A stretch of DNA of 64,000 nt from Aureliella sp. Its GTDB lineage: Bacteria; Planctomycetota; Planctomycetia; Pirellulales; Pirellulaceae. The translations under genes were made by a program, and so were the position numbers. The DNA is taken from assembly GCA_963691875.1 (NCBI GenBank), contig OY829846.1, positions 2,752,001-2,816,000 on the forward strand. The letters are read 5' to 3'. Shown here piece after piece: positions 29,223 through 40,126 of the stretch (positions are counted from its first letter, which is position 1; each line of letters starts with the position of its first letter). The notes under the pieces are model-generated. The model had not been told where the DNA came from, made no database searches, and saw only the letters and a list, made by a program, of their open reading frames with translations.

Positions 29223-31691
29223 ATGTCTTCTACTGTCTTGCAATCTAAAACTATACTCGCGTCTGCCGCACTCACTGTTACTGGAATCGTAGCAGCAACG
29301 CTCATTTTTGCTTGGCCGAGCAACAGTTCTTCACTTCCGCCCTTCGATCTTTCCAAGGCCAGTTATGTCGGCCAGGCGAGTTGCGTGAAGTGTCATCAGA
29401 AGGAAGCAGAGCTCTACAACGGATCGCATCATGATCGTGCGATGAAGCCAGCAACTGCCGAAACAGTCCTTGGCGACTTTGCGGATGCGACCGTCGAGCA
29501 TCATGACATCGTCAGCCGAATGTTCCGTGACGGTGACAAGTTCATGGTTCACACGGAAGGACCAGATGGCAAGATGCAGGACTTTGAGGTCAAGTATGTG
29601 TTTGGCTACGAACCGTTGCAGCAATACATGGTTGAATTCCCCGAGTCGGATCAAAGCACCGGAGAGAAAGACCTGCCGCGAGTACAAGTACTTCGCCTGT
29701 GCTGGGATACGGGAAAGTCGGAGTGGTTTTATCTTGCTCCTCCGGATGTCACTGAAAAACTAGCTCCAACCGATGACTTGCACTGGACTGGAATCGCGCA
29801 GCGTTGGAACAACATGTGTGCGGATTGTCACAGCACGGACTATCGCAAGGAGTTCCAGCCTGGCAGATTCGAACTCGACAAGCTGCCGCACTACGTTGCA
29901 ACACACTCCGATGCCCAAGCGGAGTCTCAAGCGACTGACCACAGCATTGGTGAGTACCATTCGACGTTCATGGAAATTAACGTCTCATGCGAAGCCTGCC
30001 ATGGGCCGGGCAGTGTTCATGTCGAATTGGCGAGCAAGACCTTTCCAGGTTGGAATCGCCAACGCGGCTATGGCTTGGCCAACTTGAAACTCGCAGCAGA
30101 GAATCAGATCCAGGCTTGCGCGCCCTGTCACAGCCGTCGTAACGTGGTTCAAGGTGGCTTCCAAGCCGGCGACAACTTTTATGACCACTATACCAATCAG
30201 CTCCTGACGGAAAACATTTATTACCCCGACGGTCAAATCTTGGACGAAGACTACGTTCACGGGTCTTTCATTCAGAGCAAGATGTATCACAAAGGCATCA
30301 AGTGCTCGGACTGCCATGATCCACATACTGCAAAACTCAAACACGATGGCAATCAAGTTTGCACTTCCTGCCACCAGCACCCGGCGGCCAAGTACGATAA
30401 CGTAGGCCACCATTTTCATAAGGTTGGTAGCGAAGGCGCCAAGTGTGTGAATTGCCACATGCCAGCCACGACTTACATGGCCGTTGACTCTCGCCGCGAT
30501 CACTCTTTCCGCATCCCGCGTCCCGACTTGAGTACAGAACTTGGCACCCCCAATGCTTGCACCGGCTGCCACTTGAACAAGGAGAATGTTGCCAAGGAGA
30601 AACGCGGCCAACTCAATCTCTATCAAGACTGGATGCTGGCAGCTCGAGAAGGCGATGAGCAAGTACAGGCGGAGCTTGAGCGAGCGAATCAGTGGTGTGA
30701 TGAAGCTTGTGAGAAATGGTATGGCGAAAACAGACGGCGAGACCAACACTTCGGAATCGCGATTTCGGCAGCACAACAAGGAAAGCCAGAAGCGAAAGAG
30801 TTGCTCACTGAGCTACTGAAAAAGCGTGGATACGAAGCACCCTACATCGCAAGAGCGACCGCCCTTGAGTATTTATCGCAGTTGGATCCTGAGGCTGGAG
30901 CGGAGATGGCGGCGCGAGGTATCAAGGATGACCATCCTTTGGTAAGAGCGACTGCCACGGCGTCGCTTGCTCGAGGCGAGAACGTCAAGAAGAACACTAA
31001 GTTGCTTCAAGCTGCCTTACAGGATCCAGTCCGAAGTGTCCGCACTGAGGCCGCGAGAAACTTGCTCGAGTTCCCACTCAACATGTGGGAAAACCCAAGT
31101 GCACGAGGTTTCTCCGAAGCACTGAAAGAACTGAAGTCGGGCCTCGATTTCAACAACGACCGCGCCGGCGCGCATCTCGCTCTTGGAATTTTGTCCGAGC
31201 AAATGGAGAAAGTGCAGGATGCGGTTCGAAACTACGAACGGGCCATCGCCGTCGAGCCAGGTGTCACAGGCCCGCGGACAAACCTGGCAGCTTTGCTGGA
31301 TCGTCAGCTGAACGAAATGAATCCTGAAAGTGAGTCCGCCAAAAAAATAAGAGCAATCACCGCCAAGTTACGCAAGCAGGAGTTGCCGCTGTTGCAGCGC
31401 GATGCGGACTTTGTGCCAGATGTCGCTCCACTGCAATATCAATTGGGAATGGCATACTACGTAGATGGGCAGATGGAACAAGCAATGAATTGTTTTAAGC
31501 GCGCTGCCAAACTAGCCCCTGCTCAAGCAAGCTATGCACAAGCTACTGCCATGATGTACGAAAAGCTCAAGAACTGGGATCAGGCTCTACGGTGGGCAAA
31601 GCTTACGGTCGAACTATCACGAGGTGACCCTGGAAATGTGCAGCTACTGCAACGCATTCAACAATCCGCAACTGCTGCCAAACAGCCTTAG
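29223..31691 (+). CDS. Multiheme (8 x CxxCH) cytochrome c with HEAT/TPR C-terminus
   Basis: CVKCH, CADCH, CEACH, CAPCH, CSDCH, CTSCH, CVNCH, CTGCH; N-terminal TM/signal; HEAT-like DDHPLVR and QDPVRSVR; TPRs. Confidence 0.9.
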   Translation: MSSTVLQSKTILASAALTVTGIVAATLIFAWPSNSSSLPPFDLSKASYVGQASCVKCHQKEAELYNGSHHDRAMKPATAETVLGDFADATVEHHDIVSRMFRDGDKFMVHTEGPDGKMQDFEVKYVFGYEPLQQYMVEFPESDQSTGEKDLPRVQVLRLCWDTGKSEWFYLAPPDVTEKLAPTDDLHWTGIAQRWNNMCADCHSTDYRKEFQPGRFELDKLPHYVATHSDAQAESQATDHSIGEYHSTFMEINVSCEACHGPGSVHVELASKTFPGWNRQRGYGLANLKLAAENQIQACAPCHSRRNVVQGGFQAGDNFYDHYTNQLLTENIYYPDGQILDEDYVHGSFIQSKMYHKGIKCSDCHDPHTAKLKHDGNQVCTSCHQHPAAKYDNVGHHFHKVGSEGAKCVNCHMPATTYMAVDSRRDHSFRIPRPDLSTELGTPNACTGCHLNKENVAKEKRGQLNLYQDWMLAAREGDEQVQAELERANQWCDEACEKWYGENRRRDQHFGIAISAAQQGKPEAKELLTELLKKRGYEAPYIARATALEYLSQLDPEAGAEMAARGIKDDHPLVRATATASLARGENVKKNTKLLQAALQDPVRSVRTEAARNLLEFPLNMWENPSARGFSEALKELKSGLDFNNDRAGAHLALGILSEQMEKVQDAVRNYERAIAVEPGVTGPRTNLAALLDRQLNEMNPESESAKKIRAITAKLRKQELPLLQRDADFVPDVAPLQYQLGMAYYVDGQMEQAMNCFKRAAKLAPAQASYAQATAMMYEKLKNWDQALRWAKLTVELSRGDPGNVQLLQRIQQSATAAKQP

Positions 31692-32016
31692 AGTTTGCAC
31701 AGATCACTCCGCAGTTCACGGTCCGTCCTCAAGTTCGCCCAACGTAGCCATCCACTTTGTTGCGATACACAATCAATCGCATCAAGATATGCTCAAAAGC
31801 TTTCACGCGTCTCTTATTTGCGCATAAAAAAACGAGGAGCTTTCGGCCACAGAAACAATAAGGACGAAAATCGTTTCCTACGAAGCTCCTCGTATGATTT
31901 GTTTGTATTAAACGTGTGTTGCAGGTCAAGATGATTTCAGAAAAATATCTCCTGGCAACTCTAGCTCTGTTTTTCACTCACGATAGCTATTCGCTCTCTT
32001 CTTTCTTATAGAACCA

Positions 32017-33420
32017 ATGTCCGACGCAGTAAAATGTTATCACTTTGTGACGGGTCGATTGGCAGAACATGCGGTACGCGACACTGTCGAGAAGGTGGCA
32101 GAGAAAGTTGGCTTTCGCTATTCCATTCAAGTTCTACCAATCACTGTTGCAGCTTTAATCACCTCGAAATGGCTGCTGCGACACTTGGAACTTCCACCAC
32201 AGTGCGACTGTCTTTTCTTGCCGGGATATTTGGAGCGCGAGTATGCTTCTTTGCAAGAATCTCTCCCAGTCGAAATACTGATCGGTCCACGTGACATTCG
32301 CGATTTACCAATGTTTTTTGGGCAAAAAGCGAACAGGGACGATTATGGCGAATGGGATATAGAGATATTGGCGGAGATCAATCATGCCAATCAGCTGTCA
32401 CTTGAAGAGCTCCTGCGCGAAGCCCAAAAGATGGTCCGATCTGGGGCTGATATCATCGATTTGGGCTGCACGCCCAATCAACCTTGGAGCAAAGTGCGGG
32501 ACGCAGTTTGCATGCTTCGAGATGAAGGATTGCGAGTCTCCATCGATTCCTTTGACCAACACGAAGTCACTCAAGCTTGCAGCGCCGGTGCAGAACTTGT
32601 TCTGTCAGTAAACAGTACTAACAGGGAAGCGAGCGTCGACTGGGGCGCCGAAGTCGTCGTGATTCCTGACACTCCCGGCGACAAAAAAAGTTTTGAAAAA
32701 ACAATCGTTTTTTTGGCTGAGCAAAATATTCCGATGCGGTTGGATCCCATCCTAGAACCAATCGGTTGTGGCTTTGCAGAAAGTCTTCGTCGCTACGCCG
32801 AGTGCCGTGAGCTTTTTCCTGAAGCCACAATGATGATGGGGATCGGAAACCTAACGGAGCTGACGGACTGCGATTCAGCCGGAGTAAACGTGTTGCTGTT
32901 GGGTATTTGCCAAGAACTTGGCATTCGCAGCGTGTTGACCACGCAAGTGATCAACTGGGCACGAAGCAGCGTGGAAGAATGTGACATGGGGCGTCGCCTT
33001 GTCCACTACGCATGCAAACACGGAGTCCCTCCCAAACATTTGGAGCCCAATTTGGTCAGTCTGCGCGATATTCGTGTTAGCGACTATCCGGTGGAGTCGC
33101 TCGAAGCCTTGGCGGCGCAGATCCGAGATAAGAACATCCGCATTTTCTGCAGCAATGGTCTGATACACGCCGTTTCCGCCGTTACGCATGTGAAAGACGA
33201 GGATCCATTCAAAGTAATGGATCTGTTATTGAACTCAGAGGTCGGTCCCTCCATCAACGCCAGTCACGCTTTCTACCTTGGCTACGAGATGGCCAAGGCC
33301 CATACGGCCAACACTCTACGCAAACAATACACGCAAGATGAAGCGCTTGATTGGGGCTATCTCACTCGCCAAGAGCAACACCACCGATTGGCCCGCACCC
33401 ATCGTGCCAAAGATGAGTAG
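32017..33420 (+). CDS. Dihydropteroate synthase-like methanopterin biosynthesis protein (Orf20/DUF6513-like)
   Basis: HFVTGRLAE, LPITVAAL, GADIIDLG, VSIDSF, DPILEPIG, MMMGIGNLTELTD, HAFYLGYEM..YTQD. Confidence 0.82.
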   Translation: MSDAVKCYHFVTGRLAEHAVRDTVEKVAEKVGFRYSIQVLPITVAALITSKWLLRHLELPPQCDCLFLPGYLEREYASLQESLPVEILIGPRDIRDLPMFFGQKANRDDYGEWDIEILAEINHANQLSLEELLREAQKMVRSGADIIDLGCTPNQPWSKVRDAVCMLRDEGLRVSIDSFDQHEVTQACSAGAELVLSVNSTNREASVDWGAEVVVIPDTPGDKKSFEKTIVFLAEQNIPMRLDPILEPIGCGFAESLRRYAECRELFPEATMMMGIGNLTELTDCDSAGVNVLLLGICQELGIRSVLTTQVINWARSSVEECDMGRRLVHYACKHGVPPKHLEPNLVSLRDIRVSDYPVESLEALAAQIRDKNIRIFCSNGLIHAVSAVTHVKDEDPFKVMDLLLNSEVGPSINASHAFYLGYEMAKAHTANTLRKQYTQDEALDWGYLTRQEQHHRLARTHRAKDE

Positions 33421-33494
33421 CGAAGTTCGTAGACTAGTAGGTTCGAAAACCGGCGGCTAGTGATCCGTTATTTTTGCAAAGTATTGGGCTCGCC

Positions 33495-33531
33495 GACTCA
33501 CTCGCCTGCGCGGCCTGCTAGCATTTTGAAA
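33495..33531. repeat. REP-like palindromic repeat (family A)
   Basis: Reverse complement ends GCGCAGGCGAGTGAGTC, resembling GCGTAAGCGAGTGAGTC at 40957-40973. Confidence 0.5.
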
Positions 33532-33608
33532 GTGGGTCCACTGTCTCAATCGCCCCCGGTTTTATTCGAGACAACGTAGAGCTTTTTCGAATGAGACCTA
33601 GCTCCAAG

Positions 33609-33953
33609 CTAGCCGTTCTGTCTTCCGCGAAAGCTGCGAACAGTGTTGCGCATGTCTCTTAAATTTGGTAGAGCACGACCGCGATAGTACATCCGACGCG
33701 CCGTGTTTCCGTAGAAATGCAAAGGACGATAAGGGCGGAGGAGTATCTCAGGTTCAGAGCGTCGAGTCTGTTCATTCTTGATAACGCCAGTTGTCCAGCC
33801 AGGCTCACCAGCTCTTTGTTGAGCAGCGGCAGGCTGAGAAACTGTGAACAATCCAATAGAGGCTATGAGAAGTGTAAGACTGCGCATACCTGGAACTCCC
33901 AAGACAGAAACGACCTTTATTGCTGCCGAGCTTGCGGCGCGGGGGACAGTCAA
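33609..33953 (-). CDS. Small secreted, basic hypothetical protein
   Basis: Signal peptide MRSLTLLIASIGLFTVSQPAAA (likely start ~33887); RPYRPLHFYGNTARR. Confidence 0.6.
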   Translation of the reverse strand: MTVPRAASSAAIKVVSVLGVPGMRSLTLLIASIGLFTVSQPAAAQQRAGEPGWTTGVIKNEQTRRSEPEILLRPYRPLHFYGNTARRMYYRGRALPNLRDMRNTVRSFRGRQNG

Positions 33954-34362
33954 ACGTACCCGCTAAAGTTGGCGTCGTGAGAATTTCTTACCTGATCCAG
34001 CAACTCCTGCCGTCCCAAAGTCCGCAGAGACGGCAGAGTCGCTACAGACGTTTCGCTGAACCATTTCCGTGCTAAGGTTGCTGCAGATCTGGGCAAAGCA
34101 CCTCATAGTTTTTAACGCAGATTGGTGAGGACCGCTGTCGTGGGCTGAGGTGCCACTCGCCTCCAGGAACGGTCGTTGGGCCATCTGAATATTTGCGAAT
34201 CGTGCTTAAGTACAGAGAGTAGCCATTGTCTGCGATACTGGTCTACCAGCTGGCTCACTGTTAGTCCGCGTCAGCTGCATAGAGTTCATACTAGCAGGCT
34301 CTGGCAGTCATTCCGCATAGATGCGGAACTAAGAACAAAGCAGCACAGGCTGCTGCCGAACA

Positions 34363-35031
34363 TTACTTGCCCGGCAGCGTTAACGCTTTCTCAATAAGCG
34401 TCTTGAATGCGTCGGTGGGAGATTTCTCGTAGGGCTCGTTGGGGATCTCCAAGTTATCGAGACGTTGCTCGGCACGTTTCATGAATTCTCGGATTTGCTT
34501 CACATCAAGCGGCCCAACGACTTCGACACTCTGACCGTCGTCACGTACCTTGGAACAACTCTGCAAAGTAAACTCCAAATCGCCGCGACTTAGCTTGCGT
34601 TCCGCTGCAGAGCGGAGCAAACGCTGGGAGACTCGCTGAAGTGCCTCTTGTTCGACTTCGGTCAGTCCCGCCTCCGGTGCAAGCTCAATGATTGAGTCAA
34701 TACATCCCCACAGGAGCACTGGGTTGTCCATCAAGCAGTTCCGCAGTCGCGTCAATTGCTGATTATCGATTTTGCGTTCTTCCACCATCGGCAAGACGCG
34801 ATTCAGCTCAGCGATAATTCCAGATTTGTCTTCGTCTGCAAGCTGGCTGCTCTCGATCCATGGAATCAACTGCGAGTTGACTGCTTTCACTGCGATTGGA
34901 TATTGGTCGCCAAAGTAGAGCCAGCTACCAATTCCGCAAACGGCCGAAAAAGTCGCGAGTCCGAGAATCACAATCACAAGGCAGGCCGGCGCCAAGGAGG
35001 GTTCCTTATGCTCCTTTTGCTCGTCTGCCAT
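34363..35031 (-). CDS. Hypothetical single-pass membrane protein
   Basis: AAGGAA RBS before MADEQ; hydrophobic N-terminal helix then helical domain. Confidence 0.7.
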   Translation of the reverse strand: MADEQKEHKEPSLAPACLVIVILGLATFSAVCGIGSWLYFGDQYPIAVKAVNSQLIPWIESSQLADEDKSGIIAELNRVLPMVEERKIDNQQLTRLRNCLMDNPVLLWGCIDSIIELAPEAGLTEVEQEALQRVSQRLLRSAAERKLSRGDLEFTLQSCSKVRDDGQSVEVVGPLDVKQIREFMKRAEQRLDNLEIPNEPYEKSPTDAFKTLIEKALTLPGK

Positions 35032-35177
35032 CGATATGCTTTCCTTGATTGGTATTTGAATGAGTGAACGTTGACAGAGAGGTGGAATCAACCGCTGAGT
35101 TAGCCGAAGCTCTTCACAAGCTCAGTGACTCAGCCGCTCAGAGCACGAAACAAGCCTGCGTTTGCTGCTGTCCCCAA

Positions 35178-35666
35178 CTACTCGACAGAAAACTTATAGT
35201 CGATTCTTAGCACTTCGAACTTCAATGTGCCCTTGGGGATTTCGATCTCGACTTTGTCACCGACTTTCTTGCCCATCAGTGCAGTTCCGATTGGACTGGT
35301 CGATAGGATCTTACCCGAGTCGTAATCCTCATCGCCCGCACCGACCATGGTAAATTCCTCTTCGTCGTCGTAGTCCAGGTCCCTAACCGTAACAGTAGCC
35401 AGCAAGCCAACTTCATCTTTATTCATTTTTGCAGGATCGATGATAAAGGCGTTGGCAACCTTCATCTTCAGTTCGTTGATCTTCGCCTGCAGCATGCCCT
35501 GATTCTGACGCTGACCGTGGTACTCAGCGTTCTCCTTCAAGTCCCCTTCGGCCCGTGCCTCTGCGATCTTCTCCGTGATCTTGGGCATCTCCTCCGATTC
35601 CATGCGCTCAATTTCTTCGCGATACTCTTCGTATTTCTCGCGGGTCATCGGAACCATTTCCGACAT
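35178..35666 (-). CDS. greA: Transcription elongation factor GreA
   Basis: [37 protein letters not shown]. Confidence 0.95.
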   Translation of the reverse strand: MSEMVPMTREKYEEYREEIERMESEEMPKITEKIAEARAEGDLKENAEYHGQRQNQGMLQAKINELKMKVANAFIIDPAKMNKDEVGLLATVTVRDLDYDDEEEFTMVGAGDEDYDSGKILSTSPIGTALMGKKVGDKVEIEIPKGTLKFEVLRIDYKFSVE

Positions 35667-36015
35667 AATCAACTCCTTTGCAGGCAATCTATTCTGTTAA
35701 CGACAAGTGTCAGGCGAGGCTCGACCTTTGATGATCGGTGATTCCCTAACGCGGTCGCTACCTTGCTACGCGATCATGCCGCCAAGCGATAATCAGTATG
35801 TAAAAAAGGTTATCCAGGATGGCCAATCCGTGCCGAGTTGACCAAGTGTAAAATGAAGACGACCTCTTTCTCGGGAGGAAAAAGAGGTCGATTCAGGTCT
35901 TGTATCGTTTCGCTATATCCTCAGAATTCCTGACGCTTCTGTCAACATCGGAAGCGGCAAAAGTTCCGGCATGCGAAAAAACGCTGGACAATTCGCACCA
36001 AGGCAGCATTCTCGG

Positions 36016-36720
36016 CTAGTCTCGGGCAAGGTAAAGGATGCAATCGCAACTTGGGCACAGGACCGATTTGGCGGTTGCGAGTTGTTCTCGAATCTGAGGC
36101 GTCAGACTCTGGTAACAACCGCTGCAGCAGCCATCTTCTGCCGCCGCCAAGCCATCTTCGCCTTTGGCTGCAACGATGCGTTGATAATGGTCACGGATGT
36201 CACTACCAAGTCCTTTTTCGGTTTCTGCCAATTCCGCCGTCACACGAGCAAGCTCTAACTCCAAATTGGCTTTCTTTTCTGCGATCTGATTCTTGATCAT
36301 CTCGAAATCGGCTTCGACCAGCTTGGCCTGTTCCTCTGCAGTTTTCAAATCACCTTCCATGGCATCTAAGCCCTCGAGGATCTCTAGAATCTCGTCCGAC
36401 AGCACCACATTTGCTTGCGAATCCGCTGCGATCTGGTCCTTGAGCGTTTGATACTCGCGGTTTTCCTTGGCCGCGTTCAGCTGGCCGTTCCACTGGTGGA
36501 TCTTGTCTTCACGCTCCTTCATCTGCAGCTGCTTGCTTTCAGCATCCAGTCGCATCTGCGTCATGCGATCTTTCACATCTTGAGCGCCCTGATTGGCCGC
36601 ATCCAATTTGGCTTGAGCCGCGGCAACGACTTTGGGGCCACGTCGAAGCTGGCCTTCCAAGTCAGTTTTCTGACGAATGATTCGATGCAGAGTTTGAACC
36701 AGTGGAGCAGTGGCGGTCAT
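36016..36720 (-). CDS. Coiled-coil C4 zinc-ribbon protein (CT398/HP0958-like)
   Basis: Long coiled coil, KENREYQTL, CSGC...CPSC. Confidence 0.85.
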   Translation of the reverse strand: MTATAPLVQTLHRIIRQKTDLEGQLRRGPKVVAAAQAKLDAANQGAQDVKDRMTQMRLDAESKQLQMKEREDKIHQWNGQLNAAKENREYQTLKDQIAADSQANVVLSDEILEILEGLDAMEGDLKTAEEQAKLVEADFEMIKNQIAEKKANLELELARVTAELAETEKGLGSDIRDHYQRIVAAKGEDGLAAAEDGCCSGCYQSLTPQIREQLATAKSVLCPSCDCILYLARD

Positions 36721-36982
36721 CTTGCTACGGATTCCAAGAAGGCTGGAGTGTGGATCGCCGAAAAAAGCGAGCGGAGACCGAGCTCAACATGGCTCGAACG
36801 CACCAAAATACTAACGCAGCGAATCGGAACAGGGAAGCGTCAAGATTGCTCGAGTTTTCCGTTTGATGGCAATCTGAAGTCGGCAAATTGGTAGCAAACG
36901 CTTATAGTATTGGTTCCTTTGGCTCGCCAAGCCCCCAATCTGGCCGTGCATACTGGAATCGCCAATCCGAAAGAAAGCTCCG

Positions 36983-38350
36983 ATGTCCGATCCCACCCCG
37001 CAATCCCGCCTTCGTCGTTTCGCCGCGGAGCTGTCCGCTGAGCAGCAGCAAAAACTCGATTCCCAGATCGCCAATGTGGACTTCGAACAACTCGCTCGCT
37101 TGTGCTCCGTTGAAGAATCCAAGGTGGATTGGTCTTCCATAGCAGAACGTGCCGAGCCACCACCGGCCGTACGCCTGGGGCGAACTCCAGCGTTTGGCGA
37201 CGCCATTACAGCCAGGAAGCGAGGCGAAAAGCTGCTTCGCGATGGCAAAGTCGCTGCGATTCTGGTAGCGGGCGGCCAAGGAACGCGACTTGGCTTCGAC
37301 AAACCCAAAGGGCTCTTTCCGATCGGCCCAGTCAGCGGCAGGAGTCTGTTTCAGATCCATTGCGACCGCTTGCTCGCCATGATGCAGCGCTACGACGTTT
37401 CCATTCCGCTGTTCGTGATGACCAGTCCAGCCACCGACCAGGAGACACGCGAGTACTTCGCCAAGAACAATAATTTTGGCCTCGAGCCCGCGCAACTCCA
37501 AGTCTTCTGCCAAGGTACCATGCCTGCGGTGGATGATTCGACTGGTGAAGTGCTACTTTCGGAAAAGCATCAAATTGCACTTAGCCCAGACGGTCACGGC
37601 GGCGTCTTAGCTGCCCTCGACAATACGGGCTGCCTTCAAAGTGCCAAAGAGACCGGGATCGAGTATTTCTTCTACGCGCAAGTTGACAACCCACTAGTGC
37701 AACTATGCGATCCATCGCTGCTAGGATATCACGCGTTGGCCGAAAGTCAGCTGACCACTCAAGTTGTTCAGAAACGCTTTGCAACGGAGAAAGTCGGCAA
37801 TGTAGTGCTGGTCGATGACAAAGTTCAAATCATCGAGTACAGCGACTTACCAGACGCCGCCGCGGAAAAAACAAACGAAGACGGCAGCCTAAAATTTTGG
37901 GCAGGAAACATCGCCGTACACATTTTCAACCGCGACTTCTTACAATCCGTCGCTAGCGATGCAGAGGGCTTGCCTTTTCACCAAGCACACAAAAAAGTGC
38001 CCTTTGTCGATGACTCGGGTGAACTCATTGAACCCGCTACGCCCAACGCGATCAAGTTTGAACGTTTTGTCTTTGACTTGCTACCAATGGCCGAAAAGGC
38101 GATTGTAGTCGAAGGAGATGCATCGGAGGTCTTTGCCCCGGTAAAGAATGCTGAAGACGCCGCAGTCGATACTGCCTCGCATTCACGAGCCGCTCAAGTA
38201 GCTCTTCATCGCACTTGGTTGACCGAAGCTGGCGCCATAGTGCCCGATGACATCCAAGTTGAAATCCACCCTCGCTGGGCACTCTCGTCTGAAGACATCG
38301 GCGAGAGGGTACAAGGTGTCAAATTTGAAGCCGATACTTATCTCCAGTAG
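36983..38350 (+). CDS. UDPGP-family pyrophosphorylase, probably UDP-N-acetylglucosamine pyrophosphorylase
   Basis: LVAGGQGTRLG..PKG, SPDGHGG, QVDNPL, IIEYSD, AIKFERFVFD, FAPVKN. Confidence 0.88.
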   Translation: MSDPTPQSRLRRFAAELSAEQQQKLDSQIANVDFEQLARLCSVEESKVDWSSIAERAEPPPAVRLGRTPAFGDAITARKRGEKLLRDGKVAAILVAGGQGTRLGFDKPKGLFPIGPVSGRSLFQIHCDRLLAMMQRYDVSIPLFVMTSPATDQETREYFAKNNNFGLEPAQLQVFCQGTMPAVDDSTGEVLLSEKHQIALSPDGHGGVLAALDNTGCLQSAKETGIEYFFYAQVDNPLVQLCDPSLLGYHALAESQLTTQVVQKRFATEKVGNVVLVDDKVQIIEYSDLPDAAAEKTNEDGSLKFWAGNIAVHIFNRDFLQSVASDAEGLPFHQAHKKVPFVDDSGELIEPATPNAIKFERFVFDLLPMAEKAIVVEGDASEVFAPVKNAEDAAVDTASHSRAAQVALHRTWLTEAGAIVPDDIQVEIHPRWALSSEDIGERVQGVKFEADTYLQ

Positions 38351-38596
38351 CAGCGAATCCCCACCAAACAAATACGACGGGCACAAATACAAGCACGAAG
38401 CGCAAGTGAGTGGGGCGGGGCAGACACAACTTGTATCCAGAAGAACGGAATTTCGAATGTCGAGCAAGGGATGTCGAAATTCGAAGTCCGAATAACTGTC
38501 CTTAGGGCTCCTCCTTTGATGTGAGCCGCTGGCCGTAAGGCCGGCGGCCTTGAGCATGGGTGACACGATGAACACGCATTCCAACCTCCGGCGCGA

Positions 38597-40066
38597 CTAA
38601 CCTCGGCAGAAATTCCTTCGATAGAAAAACAACGCTGCGAACGACAACAGAACGGCCCAGCCCCATTGCCAACAAAGTGCAATGAGGATCTTGTCGTCTA
38701 ACCAATCTTGCTGATTCCAAAGCATTGCCTGAAACCCGGTCATTGCCCAGTAAGTCATCGTGCTCTTGCAAACCGTCTCGAGAACAATTGGCAAGTTCAT
38801 CATCTGCAAGGGAAACCAACATCCGCCTAAGGCGGCCATTATCAAAATCAGCAGAGAAGCAAGACTTTCTGCTTGTTTCTGAGAACGACTGATTGCAGCG
38901 AGAAAAACGCCAAAAGCTCCGCCGGTCATCACCCATGTTACGGAAAGGACGATTAGCGTGAGCGGGTCTCTGAACAAGCCGACTCGGAACATGAGCTCGC
39001 CGTAGGTGAATAAGATCACCATTTGGCCCAAGCCGACGACAAACACAAACAGGAACTTGCCTAGCAAGATCGAGTTGCGAGAAACAGGCTGCGCGAACAA
39101 TCGCTTCAACGTTCCTTCTTCTCGTTCGGCCAACAGAACGCTACCACAACTGGTGAGTGCGAACAGAAGCATCATCACTGTCATGCCCGCAACGCTTTGT
39201 GCTTGTTGGTAGGTAACTCGTTTGCCGCGATCGGGCGGAGCCAGATCCTTGGTTTCCATCGGCACCATTTGATTCATGAACTCCATCATCGAATCCATGG
39301 TGCTGGCCGACCCTTCCTCTTTGCCCTTCAGTTCTTTGTTTTCATCTGCGGCTTTGCCAGTGTCTTCCTTGCTGGGCTGTTCGTCTTCAGCCTGATTATC
39401 GTAGAAGCTCTCGATAGTGCCCCCAATCTGATCCATATAGCCGCGAATGGCGCTGATATCTTGAGCGTCCATACCTTGGTCGCTCAAAATACGTCCCATT
39501 GCATCGGAAAAGACAGTGCCGCCGAAAACGCCCATCGAGGCTTGCATTACTCCGATCTGAATCACGCGATCTTCCATCTGCCTGCCCGGATCGCGCAGCA
39601 TGCGTAACTCCGGTAAATTTTCTTTAGCAATTTTATCAGCGAAATCTTTTTGAATGACCAAGATGTGGTGAGCGTCGCCCTCCGTCACCATCTTTTCGAG
39701 GCTCTTCATCACCCCAGTTTCATCATACTGCGCGGGATTGCTTACCGAGCCATCTGGTTCTTCTACTGAATCTTGCACAGCGAGTTGGTAATTGCTCAGA
39801 TCGACCTTCTGCACTCGCAGCATGTCCGCGTTCTGCAGGGCCTCAACGAAGTTCTGGCTCGCCTTCGATTGCGACAAGTCTGCGACTCGCAAGCGCACCT
39901 GAGGCATCCCGCCGGAACCTCCACCGAAGGCGTAGGCCATGATCCAGCCGAATACGGTTACCAACGCGATAGGTACCAAGATGCTCAGTACTAGCGCAGC
40001 ACGATCTCGCAAAAAGCTTCTCAGATCTTTACGAGCCAGAGCCCAGCCGGCGGAAAGTGTTTGCAT
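38597..40066 (-). CDS. ABC-2 type exporter permease
   Basis: KDLR..LRDR start, large extracytoplasmic loop, EREEGTLKRL, multi-TM C-terminus. Confidence 0.9.
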   Translation of the reverse strand: MQTLSAGWALARKDLRSFLRDRAALVLSILVPIALVTVFGWIMAYAFGGGSGGMPQVRLRVADLSQSKASQNFVEALQNADMLRVQKVDLSNYQLAVQDSVEEPDGSVSNPAQYDETGVMKSLEKMVTEGDAHHILVIQKDFADKIAKENLPELRMLRDPGRQMEDRVIQIGVMQASMGVFGGTVFSDAMGRILSDQGMDAQDISAIRGYMDQIGGTIESFYDNQAEDEQPSKEDTGKAADENKELKGKEEGSASTMDSMMEFMNQMVPMETKDLAPPDRGKRVTYQQAQSVAGMTVMMLLFALTSCGSVLLAEREEGTLKRLFAQPVSRNSILLGKFLFVFVVGLGQMVILFTYGELMFRVGLFRDPLTLIVLSVTWVMTGGAFGVFLAAISRSQKQAESLASLLILIMAALGGCWFPLQMMNLPIVLETVCKSTMTYWAMTGFQAMLWNQQDWLDDKILIALCWQWGWAVLLSFAALFFYRRNFCRG

Positions 40067-40126
40067 GATTCTTTCTTGGTTTCGATCGATTCCTGTGACA
40101 CTATTTTCGGAGCTTCCAGCTCCCTC

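Noticed and set aside
29985..30779. Long antisense ORFs (also 47569-48345, 62242-62829, 36902-37513)
   Set aside because: Shadow frames opposite well-supported genes
38446..38549. TCGAA-rich short repeats and a GC hairpin
   Set aside because: Probably dispersed intergenic repeats; no regular spacers, so not CRISPR, and no second copy in the window
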